From Octopus vulgaris (Eukaryota), in assembly GCA_951406725.2 (NCBI GenBank), contig OX597818.1, positions 145,204,001-145,268,000 of the forward strand: 64,000 nucleotides of DNA. The letters run 5' to 3'. The translations under genes were made by a program, and so were the position numbers. The notes beneath the pieces were generated by a model. The model was not told where the DNA came from, did not search any database, and was given only the letters and a program-made list of their open reading frames with translations. Positions 1 to 14,812 of this stretch are shown here, piece by piece (position 1 is the stretch's first letter; every line of letters starts with the position of its first letter).

Positions 1-519
1 GTAGACAGATATACTAAACACTCTGTGTCTATGTAGAATACCTTCGAGGACAAAAACAAAAAGATATTAGTTTAAAATGTATAGGTATGATCTGCAGTAC
101 AGCATACCATTGAAATGACATTATTAACGCATCAGTAATTTATTAAAGGAACTGGCTGCAAAGAATGCATTATATATGAAAATTGGCCAGTCTAGTTTAC
201 TTCAACAGTTAGTAATAAGGGTTTTATAAGTAGTATCATTGAATAGTTGAGAAGCGTTTTCATTTGCTGATCAAATCTTTTCACATAGTCAAAACTAATC
301 AGAGCGATCCCCCTTTTACTGTCCACGTAGGTATTATATATAAACACACAAAGTCTACAATTGCCTGTTATACACATAGTTGAATAAAATCTACAAATGT
401 ATTGTTCCAATGTAAACATAGCAAAACGCACCAATAACTTATTGTCTTCTACAATTATTAGTATTATAGAAGTTACAAACTTTTTTTATTATCAACCAGG
501 GGTCCTCTCTGTGTCCAAG

Positions 520-1280
520 AGTTCGCTTGCGAAAACTTTCCAGTTCCTTTGTGTTGTGCTGCATGCAGACAATCAGCCAAGTTCTTGTTTCCGGGTCACA
601 TCTGATGTTGTCAGTCCACAAGCATCTTTGCCAGTCTCTTCTTCTCTTCCCCTCCACACTTCCTGTTAGGATGACTTGGGCTATGACTCCTGGCACATCG
701 TATCTCCAAATTTTGCTGGCTTTGTAGACTTGGTTCTCGAAAATAGGTGTCCCGGAACCATGTGGTTTGTAAGCAAGCTACTTACCACACAGCCACTCTT
801 GCCAGCTTATTCTACTTAATCTACGAAAGATTCACAACTCAAAGGCATCTATCATCTCCATTGCTCTGTACATTGTCTAACTTTCTACCTCACAGAGGAC
901 GATTGGCTTAATATAACAAGTTACTAGTTTAGGTGCAGTACTGTCTTTCGAGGAAAAGATCTTCATTCTTATAAATGTTGCTTTGCTCTTGTTATTCTTG
1001 GAGTAGCTTCTTTACACAGCGACTTCTCGAATGTACTGTTTACTTTTTACTTGTTCAAGCTTATGTCCATCTACCTTTCTGTTTTCTACCTTTCGTTCTG
1101 TCCGATTAATAACCATTCTATTCGTTGTTTTTACCCTCACCTTTAGAGGTTTCTTGTCACTGTCCCTTTTAACAACATCAATAATTTCTTGTAATTTCTC
1201 ATTGGCGCCTGCCAAAAATGTTGTAACCTTTATATAACCTGTTTAGCGTGTAAAACGCATTTGTATTTTCTGCCCCTTGT
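520..1280 (-). mobile_element. Degenerate RTE-clade LINE, 3' part of RT and C-terminus
   Basis: Minus ORF 1012-1215 (EKLQEIIDVVKRDSDKKPLKVRVKTTNRMVI...VDGHKLEQV) resembles the post-YADD region of RTE RT. ORF 439-696 (VILTGSVEGKRRRDWQRCLWTDNI) resembles the RTE C-terminal 'ILQGTVEGKRRRGRPRKSWMDNI' motif. Frameshifted. Confidence 0.75.
751..803 (-). mobile_element. tRNA-derived SINE head fragment (family A)
   Basis: Reverse complement GGCAAGAGTGGCTGTGTGGTAAGTAGCTTGCTTACAAACCACATGGTTCCGGG matches the heads of copies at 34051 (+) and about 50931 (-). Confidence 0.75.
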
Positions 1281-1580
1281 ACAATACTAGCATGTTTGAA
1301 ATGATACTTTTGATAGAAAAACAGCATATTGCCGGGAATAATCTAGAAGACCGCATCGTGTTAGGAACTGACTGTGATTATAAACACTCACTACACAATT
1401 GTTTTAGTCAACTTTTAATTAATTTGAATATCCGAGTTGTCACCCTTACATTTCGTGATGAGAGTGAAATAATTAAATCTATTTTAGTCTTCCTCATTTC
1501 GTGTATAATATTAATTTATTAATTTGTTTTTCTTTACTACATTCAATATGCTACATTCTAGTTAGTTATACACGTTAGCA

Positions 1581-1784
1581 CGATGATGATGATGATGATG
1601 ATGATGGTGGTGATCGTGTTGGTGATGGTGTCGGTGATGGTATTGGTGGTGTAGTTATGATCACGATTATAATCATCATCGTTATAACTATCAATATGTC
1701 GTCGATCAATATGACGATCACTGATAACCATAGTGATCTTGATCCTGATCATCAATATCCTCCTTCTTCTCCTCGTTGTCGTCG

Positions 1785-1816
<32 letters not shown>

Positions 1817-1825
1817 GTCATCATA
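1581..1825. repeat. Opposed (GAT)n and (CAT)n trinucleotide tracts with degenerate spacer
   Basis: Read directly; source of the poly-M and poly-H ORFs. Confidence 0.85.
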
Positions 1826-3799
1826 TCAAGATGATCACAATAGTTCTAACGTCGGATTTCCAAAACTTACATTGATTAGATGAAACTTATACCTTCCTAT
1901 AATGTTACACGGTCCATTTCGATAATGCGTAATTCATGACACCTCTTAACGTAGCATAATCTATACTGTAGCATGCTTCATCTTTAATTATCAGTAGGAA
2001 CGCATTGATAATGTAACTTATTAGTCACCTTTATGAGAAATGTGCACCACAAATAAGATTGTACACCTAATGGATCGCACTTCACCTTTAATTTTCCACT
2101 CACAGCAAATCCGCCATAGTTTCCGATGATGGTTCGTTACTGATTTATATTCTATACTGTATGTACTTGTTTCATACAATCCTTCTCTTTTACAGAGGTG
2201 TAAACGTCATGGGAAACGAGGGTTCCGATAAAAGTAGGGGTTTCTTCATCAATTGTAGCTTAAACTTAGATTGGATTTAGATATGTAGGGTGTCTATGAA
2301 TCAATAATGGACCTGCTACAGATAGCAGTGGAATCGCCTTCAATTCACACCTCACCGTCTTTACAAAAGACAGTTCGGGATCAAAAGAAGAGAAGAGTAC
2401 ATTCAGAAACGTAATAATTGACATACAAAATGATGGGATGGTCAAGGCTGGAACAAATTGGATCACATGTCTATTTGCACGGGGCTAAAGAGATGGGGCT
2501 AAACATCATCAATCCTAAGTCCCAAAGCCGAGCTAAATCTTTCAGAGAGCATCTTTTTCTTCATGCGGCTACAAGCGAAATGTCTCTCAATACCGCGCCT
2601 GCAATTTTTGTCATAGCTTTAATAGATGCTCAATTTAATGGCGTGTGTGTCTCTATCAATAGCACCAAATAGCACCATTAGAACGCGAAAGTCGCCAAAG
2701 TATAACATCTATAATAGCCTTATTCAGCACGACAGCGGTGATCAGCGAAGAGTACCCTGCATTGAATAATCATAGCAGAGATGGGTGATATGTTTTTATA
2801 AACCTCCACCTTGGTCCTGAGTTTTTTTAAAGCCTGGTGCATAGTCTTTGCCGAAAATCTGCCATGCTGTTAGCTCTATCTCTTACATCTAATGCTTGTT
2901 AATATTTGGTCCCACCTTACCCAATCACTGACCCCAATAAAATTCACTACTCTAAATACGCGTCATTAATCACTTCTTTATTGCTTTCCAGCACACTGAA
3001 CGGGGCTATATCTTTCATGGTACTTGATATTTGTGAGCCTTTGTCTTCAGTAATGCATTACTCTTGAGCACATTAGTTTTCAGGATTTCAAATGAAGAAG
3101 TGCCAATATCAAACTCAAAAGTTTCGTATTTTCAAATGCTGAGTTTGAAAGAACTATGAGTTTAAGCATCGCCACATCCTGCTATCATCGAAACGCTTGC
3201 ATGTGAAATTCGTGAACAGATTTTTTCAACGATAATCCGTCAGATAAGCTCGAAAGGTTTGCACAGACCCTTGATCTCTGGAGTAAACAGACAAGAAACA
3301 CGGACAGCGTTTGCATGAACTTTTCACTCCACCTGAACTCATATTCATTTACATATCCACATTTAGCACCTTCATAGATATCCACCGCATCGCAAGCACA
3401 ATTTGCTCATTTACTTAATTTACACTTACCTACACCACAATAGATTGTACTCTCTTGCTAAAAGCACTGATAAGATCACCTAATGTACGTTTCTGTACTA
3501 CATAAGTACAAAAGACTTGATTAGAAAGTCAAATTAATAGCTTCGAATCCTTTACAAAGGAAATAGGTCAATTCCATAGTGTGATAGTTTAAGGCCATCG
3601 TTAGCTCATCGATTGATTATTATCGATCTTTTACATCTATGTCAATTTTATATCCTCATTCTCTTTAAATTTTTTCCTGGGAATTAGTTTAGTATGGAAG
3701 TAAGAGTGAATTATACACGCACACGAACACACGCACATAACATACAATATACACACGTATAACAACCCCTATATATACATCCGTACATATATACATATA

Positions 3800-3872
3800 G
3801 TTGGAATTTACAGAAAAACAAAAGACGAAGACAGGTGTATAAACAACAAACAGGTGTATTAGTTTAACGTTC
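3800..3872 (-). mobile_element. Short interspersed repeat, Penelope-terminus-like fragment
   Basis: Reverse complement matches about 50040-50110 (CGTTATACTAATACATCTG...TCTTCGTCTTTTG), which follows a hammerhead-like motif. Confidence 0.55.
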
Positions 3873-4251
3873 ATGTATTGTACTGACTCACTTTATGTTG
3901 GTTTTTGAATGTCGCAGGGGCATTGAGATGAATAAACGCGCACAATGTAATGTGATGAATGTTTTCAAAAATAGATGAATTCATTGAGCTTGGATGACAG
4001 TCTTTGAGTACAAAGGTACAAAAGGTGAAATCAATCGATACCAAGATATGTTTCTTGCTTTGTAGCTTATACAAGGTAAACCCATCTTATTATATTCGTT
4101 GCATTCACCGTGCGTATTTATTAATTGTGAGAAAGTTGTGGTTTTGGAGTGTTAGCTCTTCTTTCTAGCAAGTGGTATTCTGATACCCTACTTTATTCAT
4201 TTGAACATTTTACCTATATAGGTTAAGCTTGCTGGTCACATAATTAATATT

Positions 4252-4528
4252 ATTGAGTGAGAGAGCAGCTCATGTCATCAAAGTGACAGTTAAAAATATA
4301 CGAAGCCCAATATACTCATAATAACTACCCGTCTGATAAGGGTATGCCAGACACATGCATCACAGCCATATGTACGCGACGTGTTCATCTTATATTAAGA
4401 TAAACAGCACATGACCTGGCAGGTGGGGCCCACTTGAAAATTTTGTTAGGTTGAGTCGCCCATCCTGCTCAAAATGTCCATGAATAAAGTTTGCTTAAAG
4501 ATGATGAACAAAGCACCCATGTTTCCAT
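4252..4528. repeat. Unclassified interspersed repeat
   Basis: Higher-GC block (GAGTGAGAGAGCAG...CACCCATGTTTCC) resembling an abundant octopus repeat I recall. Single copy in this window, so unverified. Confidence 0.35.
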
Positions 4529-5303
4529 GTTACGTTATATATATATATGTGTGTGTGTGTGTATGTATATGAATGTATGTATGTGCGTGTGTGTGTATGT
4601 ATATGAATGTATGTATGTGCGTGTCTGTGTATTTATATGAATGTATGTGAGTGGGTGTGGGTGTTCGTGCGCACGCGCGCGTGTATGACTATGTATTATC
4701 AGATCTCGAAGTCTTCTGAACATTATCATTTCATCACCACTAGATAAAATGAGAAAAACAAATGGAACTGATTCAGTATGTTGCATAGAAATTACGGAAC
4801 ACCAGTCGTCAGTGATTATATTCATTTATAAGTATTTTTTAATTACATCTCATATTTTTGAAACTACAATGCCTTCTATATTTTTATGAGGGCATCTGGT
4901 TTGGGATTAATCAAATTTAACCAACGAAGCGAGTTCAAGCAGCCGATTTTACATTTTAAAGCTCCTCTTTTCTTTTGCTTTTCTTTTTTCTTTCCCAAAA
5001 CCTGTTCAGCCATATTTGATTTTTGATTTTTGATTTTTTTTCTTCTTTTGGCTGTGTACAAGCAGAGCTGGAGAAAATTTATTTTCATTACGATGAATTC
5101 ACATTTGTCTGGTACCACATCTATGGTAGCTTTCTGTACAGATTAATATTTTTATTTATTTATTTAGTAACTGTGCAGGTTTCCATTCTAAAATGATATA
5201 TATCTTGATAATTCGTTTTTCATTTCCTTCTCATCCCAATCATTCAAACGATTATACTCATTTATAAATGTTGTCTAATTACATCTTTGAGTATTTGAAC
5301 AAG

Positions 5304-5710
<407 letters not shown>

Positions 5711-6039
5711 GTTTTTGTTTTGGCTGAAGACAAGGAAATTTTAAAATACACCTTCTTTATACCTGGCAATTATCTTGACGTGACTGATATTTTGTTGTTA
5801 ATCAATATCTTCGGGGATGTTAGAAATGTTCATTATTTCTGTGATTTTAACCTTTCTTGGATGGGCGTGGTCAATGAATCATCTAACGTAACTTGCCCGG
5901 GAACCTAGTACAGTCTATGAGCACCTCGCCTTGCGTTTCTAGTAAGAGAGGCAGATGTGTGATGTGTAATTTAGACTATTTACTACACCTTTCCTTCATA
6001 AAAAGGATGTTTCTGGTAAACTGAAGCGAATTAGTTTGC

Positions 6040-6099
<60 letters not shown>

Positions 6100-6102
6100 G
6101 TA

Positions 6103-6148
<46 letters not shown>

Positions 6149-6149
6149 C

Positions 6150-6823
6150 TGCAAATTCTGTAGCGCCAGATTTTATCACCAAGTCCGAATCAACTTCCAA
6201 CTGCTCTTTCAATTCATGACACACATTCAGTCGTGACTGCTTTTGATTTTCCGTGAGGAAGCGAGGTACGAATTTTGCTGCAACTCATTCAATTCGCAAT
6301 TCCTCATTAAAACTTCGTTGGCAGGAGGTCCAGGACACACCAATCGTATCAACAAGTTTGTTAGTTGTCCGGTGATGGACCTCGAAGATTAGTCCACGAA
6401 TTTTCATTATGTTTTCAATCGTTCGGAAAGTTGACGGTCGCCTTAAATGAGGTTGGTCTTCAAGCGGCAACTGACTATTCCTAAAGTGTGAAAACCAGTC
6501 GTAAACTTATGTTTTGCTCATGGCAATATCCTTGTAAGCTGTTTGGAGCATGACAACTGTTTTGGTTCTCGTTTTCCCCAATAGAAAACAGAATTTCACG
6601 GAAATACGCTGTTCCTTCGTTTCAGCCATCACAAAAATCGATAGAGGAGAGAAGTACGGCAAAACATAGTCACATCACGTGGTAGTACGACCCTACCGCA
6701 CAAACGCCGGTCGGCAGACCGATGCCCGAGGGTCGTATGAAGTGGGTTCTAGCGGCGGAAGCCCGAACTACAACGGGCTTGTTCAACAGAGAAGGTTCCC
6801 GCTTACTTTTGGGTACCTCATCG
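6150..6823 (-). mobile_element. 3'-truncated mariner transposon (N-terminal transposase pseudogene, one TIR)
   Basis: From ATG at 6629: MAETKEQRISVKFCFLLGK...VYDWFSHFR...LEDQPHLRRPST...VAAKFVPRFLTENQK, i.e. mariner HTH domains plus a WVPHEL-like motif, with internal stops. TIR-like CGATGAGGTACCCAAAAGTAA at about 6803-6823. No catalytic domain. Confidence 0.85.
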
Positions 6824-6942
6824 TGTATGTATATATAAATCTCAGGCTAGCAAAAAAGTTTTTTTAATTTTTTGCTACCAGTGGTCTAGCAAGGAGAAAA
6901 AGACTAGTCAATAGACTATATATTATTCATATATATACACAG

Positions 6943-7070
6943 TGTACATTTAAACACATAAGAGATGGCCATAATAGGACATCTGACCCGCTAGAAGGTT
7001 TGGAGTTTAACTTCTCCTTCTAGCGAGTCAGATGTCCTATTATGGCCATCTCTTATGTGTTTAAATGTAC

Positions 7071-7071
<1 letters not shown>
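6943..7071. repeat. Near-perfect foldback palindrome (56-bp arms, 17-nt loop)
   Basis: 6943-6998 is the reverse complement of 7016-7071 with one mismatch; abuts (TA)n at 7073-7150. Confidence 0.95.
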
Positions 7072-7153
<82 letters not shown>

Positions 7154-7915
7154 TTTCTTAGTTCGTTTAACCCTTCCTGCAAAAGAGCTGCTGTATTTCT
7201 AACGCTGAACGGAAAAAAACGTAATCGCAGGAAGTTTGAGAGAAACAATAGTAAAGGATTACATATTGAATTTAAATGAATTCTTAAATAGTGTTACTGT
7301 TCCGTTTACAGATTGTATTGGCTAGGTGTGTCTTAGACTTTTCGACATTATTGCTTTGTCATTTTGTAAAATGTATGTGTATGTTTGGATGCCTGTCTCA
7401 TTTCTATTTATTAGAAATAGTTCGGGGTGTAAAAATCAGGTTTCTAACAAACAAACAAAGCCCCTTCAGTGGTTTTGGATGACAACAACACTAAGCTTTA
7501 CATGCTGAACTTTAGGAAAGTATTGCATATATTTATCTTTCCACTTATCGATTGCATTGTAAAAGTGGGTTAGTCTCTGACTTTGGCTGAGAATTCTGTT
7601 CCCAGATTGTCTCTTAGACATTTACTCACATAAATGATAATTTTTTGGTATATATATATATTTATTTATTATCAGAATAGAGGAAGTGTATATTTGGAAG
7701 TTATGTATGTATGTATGTATGTATGTATGTATGTATGTATGTATGTATGTATGTATGTATGTATGTATGTATGAATGTATTTATCTGAGAGTCTAAGTGT
7801 GTATGGACATATATCTTCAAGCACGGCACGCATGCAAGTACATAACCCTAGTTATCGTGACTGTGAGAATATGTGTATTTATTTAGCAAAAGTGACAGAA
7901 AAGGAAAGATAGATA

Positions 7916-7956
<41 letters not shown>

Positions 7957-8068
7957 TAAGAAAGAAGCAAACAGATAAACAAATAGACTATGGGGTCCCT
8001 GTATCTAAAATACAAGCAGCTGATAGAGAAATAAATAGACGACTAAAACTGATATATATATATATATG

Positions 8069-8133
<65 letters not shown>

Positions 8134-8141
8134 AACCAGAA

Positions 8142-8178
<37 letters not shown>

Positions 8179-9319
8179 AGGAGAAGGAGGATAAAGGGAA
8201 AGCGTGAGAGTCAGACTAGGATATAAGTAGATAATCAAATGAAGTGTTACAGTGCGACTCTATTTTTCGAAAATGATGAGCAGCTGGATAGATTAATTAG
8301 ATGGTTTGATATATGTGTGTATGTGTGTGTATATATATACATATATATCTGTGTATGTCTGTATGTCTTCATGTATATATATATGTGTGTGAGTGTATAC
8401 ATATATGTATGTATCTATTATCCATGTAAGTATGAATGGATGGATATATAATTAGAGAGTTCAATTTGATAGACAGGCAGATGAGAGGCGTTCAAAGAGA
8501 TTTCTGTCCAGTCATCTTCATTAATTCCCTTTATCAGCGACATCTGATGTTGACAGATGGAGGTGGAGTTGCAGCCAATATTGAATCGTGACGAAACTTT
8601 AAATGCAATTGTTGCTGGAATTGTTCCTAAGAAACAGAGAAACACATCAGTGAGTTGCTAATCGATTGTGTCTATTTGAGACAACGTAAACATATCGTTT
8701 CAAATTCAACAAATAGAAATAGGTCCCTCTTTCAGTCATGAACGTAAATGATTGAATGGGTCCAGTCTGAAAGGACACCCATCAAACAGTACTTCTCGAG
8801 TCTCTTCTCGTCGTTCATTTACGTTGAAGGCCGGAATTATATATGTTCTAATATATCGAGCGGAGTATATAGTTAACTAAATGACAAAGGAAAATAGACA
8901 TCGGGGTCTAAAATAGGATACTCGAAAAGGGGACATATACAACCGACGCTCACACGCACACACGCATTATACATAGGCATTAATGTAAGTGTCTGTTTGT
9001 ATAAACAATCCTTGTATATATAAATGCGACTCTAAAACATACATCTATTATATAAATGTATCATATAAGTGAATATGTGTAAGTTACATATCTACGCAAC
9101 TGAACTTCTTTACATAGGAGCACATCTTTTCAAAGAGAAGGTTATAAGCTTTGTATATTTTCGTATTCTTTCTACAAGCTGGTATAAGGTAGAGTATCGC
9201 TTATATATATATAAGACTGTCCCACACAGAACATTGTCAATTTGTTAACGACTACGATCGCACTTTGCACTTATATCATAGTTGCACTACCTCCCCATCA
9301 TGGGGTCCCACAATGAGTA

Positions 9320-9680
9320 CATACAGCCTAAAACCAAAACCAAGGCTCTATTGTTTAATCGCCGACCGCGCTTAAACGAAGGACGTAGCCACACGCGCTA
9401 CCTGAGAATCGTGAACAGTAACTACTTCCGCCTATAATAACACTCTCTAATGCCCTACGAGCAATGAAATCACAGGAGGCGTGGCACTTTTTGTAGCAGA
9501 CACACATGCCATTGCAACGGCTGCAACAAAAGGTCAGCTGCTTGCTCGGGGTTCCAAAACTCTTGGGTATTGTCTTGCGTTTGGAGTAGAGAAAAGGAAC
9601 CCAAAACAATACTTGCACATCAAGTTTTATAATGACAAATGCTTGTGCGACACAGACAAGACTGCCAGAAACTACTAACA
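9320..9680 (+). mobile_element. Possible very degenerate LINE RT fragment
   Basis: GVPQ-like (GGGGTCCCACAA), LFN and ALFVADTHAIAT motifs occur in the order expected for RTE RT (GVxQG...LFN...LFADD). Weak. Confidence 0.3.
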
Positions 9681-10019
9681 CTTTGGGTTTCCAGTGAGAG
9701 CGTTCGTTTTCGATATGGATGTCCATATATATATATGTAAATGCGCACTGCATAGCCATTGACTATATTGAGTTCATTTGCTCTGTTTTTCATTAAGCAG
9801 AGCCTCCAAAAATCACTCCACTCACCAACTGGGCTTCCTGTTTAGCCCTCAACAGCCATACGATGTACAGGTTGTACTAGCCGACATAGTTACCAGTAAT
9901 AGGTTTCTGGTAAGAAATATAACATGGCATAAACACATACATGTACGTACATACATAAGATAAAGAAGATATGCAGATATTCATATCTGCTATATAAGAA
10001 GCGTTCATATCTGCATATA

Positions 10020-10700
10020 TGAAGCGTTCAGCAGAGCAGATACTATTATGTAGCGTTGGTGGTGGTGGTGGTGGGGGGGAGAAGCAGCGTGTAGAAACGA
10101 TGTATCTGATACAGTAGTTGTAGTACATTGGTAAGTGAATCTTAGTTAATCAGTTGTATGTTCCCTTATGTGGAGGCGCAATTGCCCAGTGGTTAGGGCA
10201 GCGGACTCGCGGTCGGAGGATTGCGGTTTCGATTCCAAGACCGGGCGTTGTGTGTGTTTATTGAGCGAAAAAACCTAAACCTCCACGAGGCTCTGACAGG
10301 GGTTGGTGGTGACCCCTGTTGTACTCTTTCACCCCAACTTTCTCTCACTGTCTCTTCCTGTTTCTTGAGTAACGCTGCGATGGACTGGCGTCCCGTCCAG
10401 CTGGGGGGAACACATACGCCACAGAAACCGGGAAATCGGGCCCCACGAGCCTGGCAAGGTTTGAAAAGGGCGCATCAATAAATAAATGTTCCCTTATAGT
10501 TTGATTCCATCTGACATTTTAATGCATATTAGAGTAACAGAACCTTCCATACGGACCTGAACAATACTTCAGTGTAAGCCTTATATCAACTTTGTAGAAG
10601 ATTAGTAACTAATATAAACCTTCCTTTAGCTGGTACACTGGTCTGTACTGGTCTGTTTCTGGTAGCATTTCCCACATAATCTACCATATATTTCTGACAT
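10020..10700 (-). mobile_element. Possible ancient CR1/Jockey-like LINE C-terminal remnant interrupted by a SINE
   Basis: Minus-strand pieces such as LLIFYKVDIRLTLKYCS resemble the post-RT motif 'LLxLYKAxIRPxLEYCS'. Confidence 0.3.
10170..10485 (+). mobile_element. Full-length tRNA-derived SINE (family C, MetaSINE-like core) with 12-bp TSD
   Basis: A-box-like TGCCCAGTGG, B-box-like GGTTTCGATTCC, core GCGATGGACTGGCGTCCCGTCCAG...AGAAACCGG and (AATA)n tail. Direct repeat ATGTTCCCTTAT at 10158-10169 and 10486-10497. Confidence 0.9.
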
Positions 10701-11286
10701 TTTAATGAACTAAAGTATCTGCACACAAAACACGATGATTTTTCTTCTTTTTTTTACATATGGAACTAAGTTTGGAAGTTTGTGCTTTTGCGCGTTTGCG
10801 TGCGCGTGTTTGGTTAGGTGTGTGTGCGTGTTTCGAATCTGATGAATGTTGCTGTTCTCGGTGTCGATGAACAGGGAATCTGAGTCAGCAATCGCGTAGC
10901 TGTAAACATCAAAACTACCAGGGCATGAAACTCTAGCAGGGTTACAATAGACTATTTTGCAATGCAGGAAGAAGAAAAAAGAAAATAATGTCTCATGTTT
11001 CTGTGAAATTTAGACCAGTGATCAGATATATGCACAAACATTAGACTCACCCCACACTCTATTCCATGTTTAATCAATTCTAATTCATTTTAATTTCTTG
11101 AGTCACTACATCAAGTTTGCATGCACCCACTTTATTGTTATAAGGTTTCATGTTGCAGGGATCCCTGGATATTTTTTGTACTCATTCTTCTTTCTTTCTC
11201 TTTCTCTCTCTCTCTCTTCCCCTCATTCCAAATCACGCTCCGCCTCAGCATGGCTGTAGTCCAATGACAGAAACGACTAACGAACA

Positions 11287-11332
<46 letters not shown>

Positions 11333-11444
11333 ATATACATGCACACACAAATTATACATACACATATATATGTATTTATGTATATATAGAAAAAGGAAGA
11401 AAATCGAAAAGATAAAAGATATCGACACACATACATGGAGATCG

Positions 11445-11610
<166 letters not shown>

Positions 11611-11792
11611 CTGTTGGAATGATTGTGAATGGTGACTGAAGGTGGAAAAGGAATATTCAATGGGGATACGATCGGATTAATTCGTCTGTCTAGCTTTTAG
11701 ATTGAAACAAGAAAAAAAGAAAATGGAAGCGGCTAATGAGAGTAGAATGAAATGAAGTGTGAGAGAAAATATAAGACACAGAGAAAGGGAAG

Positions 11793-11825
<33 letters not shown>

Positions 11826-11948
11826 GCAGAAAGAGGCAGAGAGAGAGAGAGAAAGCTTGGGGAGGGTCAAAAGAGGGAGATTTGGGAAAGCTTTGAGAAA
11901 GAGTGTGAGAGGAGAAATGAGTGAGTGAGTATGTGTGTGAGAGAGAAG

Positions 11949-11992
<44 letters not shown>

Positions 11993-12246
11993 GAGAGAAA
12001 CGCGAAGTATTTAACAGAAATCCTAAAGAATTAATTCCTGGCCATTTTTAGTCGAGAAAAGAAACAAAAACACGCAATGAATGAAATCTCGGACAACAGC
12101 AACAAGTACATTTAATATATCACTGGAACAGACGACCAAATAGAGATTAACTCAGACCGTCTGATACTGTATGGAATTATGTTCAGTTAATTAGCAATCA
12201 AATGTAAGTCATAGATAATTGCAGACGATTGTTGCAGAAAAGAAGC

Positions 12247-12757
<511 letters not shown>

Positions 12758-13239
12758 CGGCAAACAAAGCTTCAGTTCGTAGTGGCCGACTGATGTGTCT
12801 GTCTGTCGTCTTCTCTGATTTCATGAAATTCTTGAATTCGAGAAATATTTTTATATTTTGTTTTTTTTGTGGTGAAAATGTGATCAGTCTATTAACCTCA
12901 TATTTAGTGGTTTTGTTTACTTGCTTTACTTTAGACGGACGGTGTATTCTTCTATTTTCTTCTGGAATCATATTTTACACGCATTCTCAGACACATGTAT
13001 ATACGCAACACACATAGATATATTGGCACAAAAATAATGCTTCTAAAGAAAATACTCTGACTTTTGAATCGACTGCAGAATGTTTGAGCTGTTATTTTAT
13101 CTTCCCTTCCTTCGCCTTACAATATCGTCGATATGGCCGTGTTTCTGCCAGATATGGTTGGACCACCCCACCCAAAACATACCATACAAAATATGCGATA
13201 TTTAGTTACAGATCCTTAAGCTTCAGTTCACAACCTTTT

Positions 13240-13425
13240 CTAGGTTTACATACCGGGGTGATGCACTCGCGATCGCCACATCGTGGTTTCTGTTTCTAGA
13301 CCGGGTGAGCAAAACACTTCATTTCACATTGCTCTCTGCAACCACTTCGACACTTCACGCGGGGTACAGCGTGCCCCTGATCAGGCAACATCGATTTGAT
13401 GGAGAGAGTGAGCTTAATGTACAAA
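13240..13425 (+). mobile_element. Degenerate tRNA-derived SINE related to family C
   Basis: GCACTCGCGATCG...GTGGTTTCTGTTTCTAGACCGGG...GAGCAAAACACTTCATTTCAC resembles the heads at 10170 (+) and about 56930 (-). Confidence 0.55.
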
Positions 13426-13548
13426 CCATACATTTGATCACTATGAACAAATCGTTTGAGAAGGTCGTTAGGCAGAAAGCTGAACACTCATACGTCGTCT
13501 TCGGCGGGGGAGTTCTTCGATATGTTTATATATATATATATATACATA

Positions 13549-14812
13549 CAGGGGTTAGACAAAATAATAGAAACAGGGGTTAGACAAAATAATAGAAACA
13601 CCTTACAATTTCAAACAAATTTATTTTAACATGGAGTATGCCGTAATTACAGCTTGAATTCTATGAGGTATGGACTCGTATAAAGTTTGAATTGTTCCCA
13701 AATGAATTTTTGTCCATTCTTCAGCTAAAACAGTCTCCAGTTCTTGTAGTGATGATGCTGGAGGATATCGACTCCTTACATGTTTTTCCAAAATACACCA
13801 TAAATATTCAATAATATTGGGATCTGGGGAATGTGGTGGCCAGGTAAGATGTTCAACTTCGCAAGAATGTTCCTTGTGCCATTCAGTAACAACTTTAGCT
13901 GTGTGAATTGGTACATTATCATTCTGAAAGATTGCGTTTCCCTCTAGAAACAGTTCCGCAACCACAGGATGAATTTGATCAGATAAAATGCTTAAATAGT
14001 CTTGACTGTTAATTCTGCCATGAAGGGAAACCATTGGGTTGGCAGATTTCCAAGATGTAGCCCCCCACCCACAGATCATCACAGACTTGAAGAAGGCAGT
14101 CTGGGTCAAATGCTTCTTTTGCCTGTCTCCACACGAATACTCGACCGGTGGTCGGAAATACGATAAAGGATGACTCGTCCGAGAAAATAACATATTTCAA
14201 CTGCTCTAGGGACAAATTCTGTAGGATTTTACTCCACTCTAAATGCTTTGCAACGTTTGTTTTTGAAAGTAGTGATTTCTTATTGCAGCCCTCCTGTGAA
14301 ATCCAGCTTTGTGCAGCTTCCGGCGAACAGTTTTTTGTGGAAACTGGGTTCTCGAGGTGATCATTAAGCTCTGCAGTAATTTTGGGAGCTGTACTTTCGT
14401 GATCCTTTCTGGCAATTCGCATAAGAGTCCGATGGTCCCTATCTGAAAGTTTTAGTTCTCTTCTGGAGTTTTGTTTCAACGGGTAGGTTTTTCTTTCTTT
14501 CTCAAAGGCTGCCATTACTTTCTAGACATTACTTATTGATACAGCAAACATTTCAACTGTTTTCGTTTCGCTAGCGCCTGCCATACGAGCACCAACAATT
14601 TGACCTCTTTGAAACTTCGATAGATATGTCATTTTAAATGAATTTTATCTGATGATATCTGAAAAGAAACAGCAATTTTAGTCAAACATATTAAGCAGCA
14701 CTAATAATAAATCCAAAAACATAAAAATAAACAAGCTTTTGACGGTTTTATAGATATTTCAAAATTATGATGCTATGATGCTAGGTGTTTCCATTATTTT
14801 GTCCACCCCCTG
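13549..14812 (-). mobile_element. Full-length Tc1 transposon with frameshifted transposase pseudogene
   Basis: TIRs CAGGGGTTAGACAAAATAATAGAAACACC and GGTGTTTCCATTATTTTGTCCACCCCCTG, with TA on both flanks. ATG at 14632 (MTYLSKFQRGQIVGARMAGAS). Catalytic motifs IFSDES, FQNDNVPIH and WPPHSPDPNIIE are split over ORFs 14009-14515 and 13621-14193. Confidence 0.95.

Noticed and set aside
2418-2672. ORF with VYLHGAKEMGLNIIN, like the LINE motif 'LPKxEGGLG'
   Set aside because: A single weak motif is not enough to call.
10170-10250. tRNA gene
   Set aside because: A/B boxes are present but there is no proper cloverleaf; it continues into a SINE body and tail flanked by a TSD.
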